Shown: positions 25,598 through 27,656 of the stretch, piece after piece | How the letters are laid out: each line of letters starts with the position of its first letter | Position numbering within the stretch: the first letter of the stretch is position 1 | NCBI GenBank assembly: GCA_963751345.1 | Contig: CAVVUS010000029.1 | Location: forward strand, 1-27,656 | Length of the DNA: 27,656 nt | Direction of reading: 5' to 3' | DNA from: an uncultured Chloroflexia bacterium | GTDB taxonomy: Bacteria > Chloroflexota > Anaerolineae > B4-G1 > SLSP01 | Position numbers and translations under genes: made by a program | The notes under the pieces: generated by a model | What the model was told of the DNA's origin: nothing | Database searches by the model: none | Seen by the model: only the letters and a program-made list of their open reading frames with translations

Positions 25598-26254
25598 ATG
25601 GACGAGAGGATTCGCGTTGTCCTGGCCGATGACCACGTCCTCGTACGCGAGGGCATCCGGCAGTTCCTTGAAGAAACAGATGACATCCAGGTCATCGGCG
25701 AGGCAGGCAACGGTGCAGAGGTGCTACAGCTGGTTGAGGAAACCAGCCCGGACGTGGCCGTGCTGGACATCCAGATGCCCGAGGTCACCGGGATCGAGGC
25801 GACCCGCCGCATCAAGCAACACTTTCCCGACGTCCAGGTGTTGATCTTGACGGCGCACGACGATGATCCCTACATCCGTGCGCTTCTGCGTGCCGGGGCA
25901 GACGGCTACGTCCTCAAGACAGCCACGTCCGAGGAGTTGGTCAAAGCCGTGCGAGACGTCCACCATGGCCTCACCGCTCTGAGCCCGGCGGTGGCCACGG
26001 TGGTGGTGCGGCAAATGAGTCACGAGGCCCCACCGGGTGCCGCAGATCAGGTGGAGACGCTAACCGAGCGTGAGATCGACGTCCTGCGGCTGGCGGCCCA
26101 GGGCATGACCAACCGTGAAATCGGCCAGGAGCTGGGAATTAGCCACCGCACGGTCCAGGGCCATCTGGCGAACGTCTACGAGAAGCTGAACGTCAGCAGC
26201 CGAACTGAGGCCGTTACCGAGGCGCTCAAGCGCGGCTGGATTACCATCGAATAG
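25598..26254 (+). CDS. NarL/LuxR family response regulator
   Basis: VVLADDH, LDIQMP, GYVLK receiver domain and LTEREIDVL...GMTNREIG...RTVQGH LuxR HTH. RBS GAGGAG. Confidence 0.93.
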   Translation: MDERIRVVLADDHVLVREGIRQFLEETDDIQVIGEAGNGAEVLQLVEETSPDVAVLDIQMPEVTGIEATRRIKQHFPDVQVLILTAHDDDPYIRALLRAGADGYVLKTATSEELVKAVRDVHHGLTALSPAVATVVVRQMSHEAPPGAADQVETLTEREIDVLRLAAQGMTNREIGQELGISHRTVQGHLANVYEKLNVSSRTEAVTEALKRGWITIE

Positions 26255-26262
26255 TGCTCGCG

Positions 26263-27656
26263 ATGACGAAGCTCTCACGCTGGGTGCGCTCACTGCAGGC
26301 GCAGTTGATCCTTTGGGCGATACTGCCGGTCACGCTCGTGATCATTGGCCTGGCCTTTACGGGTGTCTACTCACACCAGAGGGTGATGCAAGACTTCGTC
26401 ATCGAGCGCGACATGCTGACGGCAAGGCTGATTGCCCTGCGCCTGGAGGATGCCCTCTCACGCGGCGACCTTTCTCCAGGAGGCGAGGACCTTGCAGCGT
26501 GGCTACCGATCACCGCTGATGAGCTGCCTGGGGCCGTATGGATCGTGGATCGCGATGGCCGCCTCATCGCGAACAGCGATGGGCCGATCGGCAGCTCGGT
26601 GGTGAGCGCACCTGGCGTGGCGGAGGCCCTCCGGCAGCCGGAGGGTGCTGTCATCGTTCCCAACTCCCCGTCAGGCCCCCTCATAGTGACGTACGCCGCC
26701 GTTCGGGGCGCCGAGTGGCACGTCATCATCCGGGAGCCCGCACAAGACCTTATCGGACCTATCCTCCGATTCTCCAGCCTTGGACCTATCGCAGCCGCTA
26801 TCGCAGCAGGCCTCTCTGTCCTCATCCTCACCTTCGGCTGGCGGACCATTGTCAGGCCCCTGCAGCGCCTTTCCAAGGCCGCCAGCCAGGTATCTTGGGG
26901 AAACCACGCACTCATCGGCGAGGATCCCGGGGGCGTGGCCGAGATCGGGGAACTCCACCGCACGCTGTCGGAGATGGTCCGGCGCCTGGAAGGCTATCAG
27001 GCCGGTGTGCTCGACTATCTGGATGCGGTCACGAAGGGGCAGGAAGAGGAACGGGCGCGACTGGCCCGCGACCTCCACGACGGGCCGGTCCAGAGTTTGA
27101 TCGCGCTCAACCAGCGTATCGAGATGGCGCGCCACCGGATCGAGCGAAACGACGTCATCGGTGCGGAATCGCTACTGGGTACGCTGCGGGAGGCCGAGGT
27201 CGGCGTGATTGACGACCTGCGGCGCACCATCAGCGCACTCCGCCCGGCTTACCTAGAGGATCTCGGCTTCGTGCCGGCCCTGGAAATGCTGGTGGAGGCC
27301 GCAGATGCACGCAGCGATAGCCAGGTGAGGCTTGAGGTGGGGCCCGACGCTCGGCGACTCCCCCCCCAGACAGAGCTCGCCGCCTACCGGATCACCCAGG
27401 AAGCCCTAAACAACGCGCTTCAGCACGCTTCCGCGAGCACATTACCGTCAGGGTCACGTGGTATGCGCAAGGAATGTCGCTGGAGATCGATGACGACGGC
27501 GTTGGCTTTCAGCCCGCCACCCGCCTGGATGCGTACACCCATGGGGGACACTTCGGTCTTGTCGGGCTGCAAGAACGCGTCAGGCAGCTCGGCGGCACAC
27601 TCGAGATCCGGTCCACCCCCGGCGTGGCACCACCCTCTCGGTACAACTGCCCGACG
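26263..27656 (+). CDS. Membrane sensor histidine kinase (2 TM, HAMP, HisKA_3, HATPase); runs off window; frameshifts ~27440 and ~27625
   Basis: Not in the ORF track; translated by hand: MTKLSRWVRSLQAQLILWAILP, HAMP RPLQRLSKAA, QEEERARLARDLHDG, LRPAYLEDLG, YRITQEALNNALQH, then (shifted frame) IDDDGVGF and FGLVGLQERV. Confidence 0.9.
   Translation, partial: MTKLSRWVRSLQAQLILWAILPVTLVIIGLAFTGVYSHQRVMQDFVIERDMLTARLIALRLEDALSRGDLSPGGEDLAAWLPITADELPGAVWIVDRDGRLIANSDGPIGSSVVSAPGVAEALRQPEGAVIVPNSPSGPLIVTYAAVRGAEWHVIIREPAQDLIGPILRFSSLGPIAAAIAAGLSVLILTFGWRTIVRPLQRLSKAASQVSWGNHALIGEDPGGVAEIGELHRTLSEMVRRLEGYQAGVLDYLDAVTKGQEEERARLARDLHDGPVQSLIALNQRIEMARHRIERNDVIGAESLLGTLREAEVGVIDDLRRTISALRPAYLEDLGFVPALEMLVEAADARSDSQVRLEVGPDARRLPPQTELAAYRITQEALNNALQHASASTLPSGSRGMRKECRWRSMTTALAFSPPPAWMRTPMGDTSVLSGCKNASGSSAAHSRSGPPPAWHHPLGTTAR

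Noticed and set aside
180-27625. Programmed ribosomal frameshifting or phase variation
   Set aside because: No consistent slippery sequence or long homopolymer at the sites; indels are scattered across unrelated genes.
25598-27656. Two-component system as regulator of the island
   Set aside because: Generic NarL/HisKA_3 pair; adjacency is the only link.

Overview
GC-rich bacterial DNA; the style of the intergenic palindromes and the gene content suggest Chloroflexota (Anaerolineae-like), which is an inference. Almost the whole window is a carbohydrate-catabolism island with four parts. (1) A leftward operon (13-9886): sulfatase-like hydrolase without the formylglycine motif, four Gfo/Idh/MocA oxidoreductases, a sulfotransferase-fold protein, two xylose-isomerase-like TIM barrels and a GH172 (DUF2961) enzyme, divergent from an AraC regulator. 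(2) A leftward block (11243-21375): an atypical glycyl-radical enzyme (AACWE and RVWGW motifs, no activase in the window), three distinct URO-D/MtaA-fold paralogues and a GH51-like glycosidase. It contains a diverged 2.4-kb tandem duplication whose junction makes an in-frame GH51::URO-D chimera. (3) A beta-helix lipoprotein and an L-rhamnonate-dehydratase-like enolase plus amidohydrolase pair. (4) A NarL-type two-component system that runs off the right end. Intergenic spaces carry several families of REP-like palindromes. About a dozen single-base indels break otherwise intact genes and are probably long-read consensus errors. The best candidate for an undescribed system is the glycyl-radical enzyme plus URO-D-like module.
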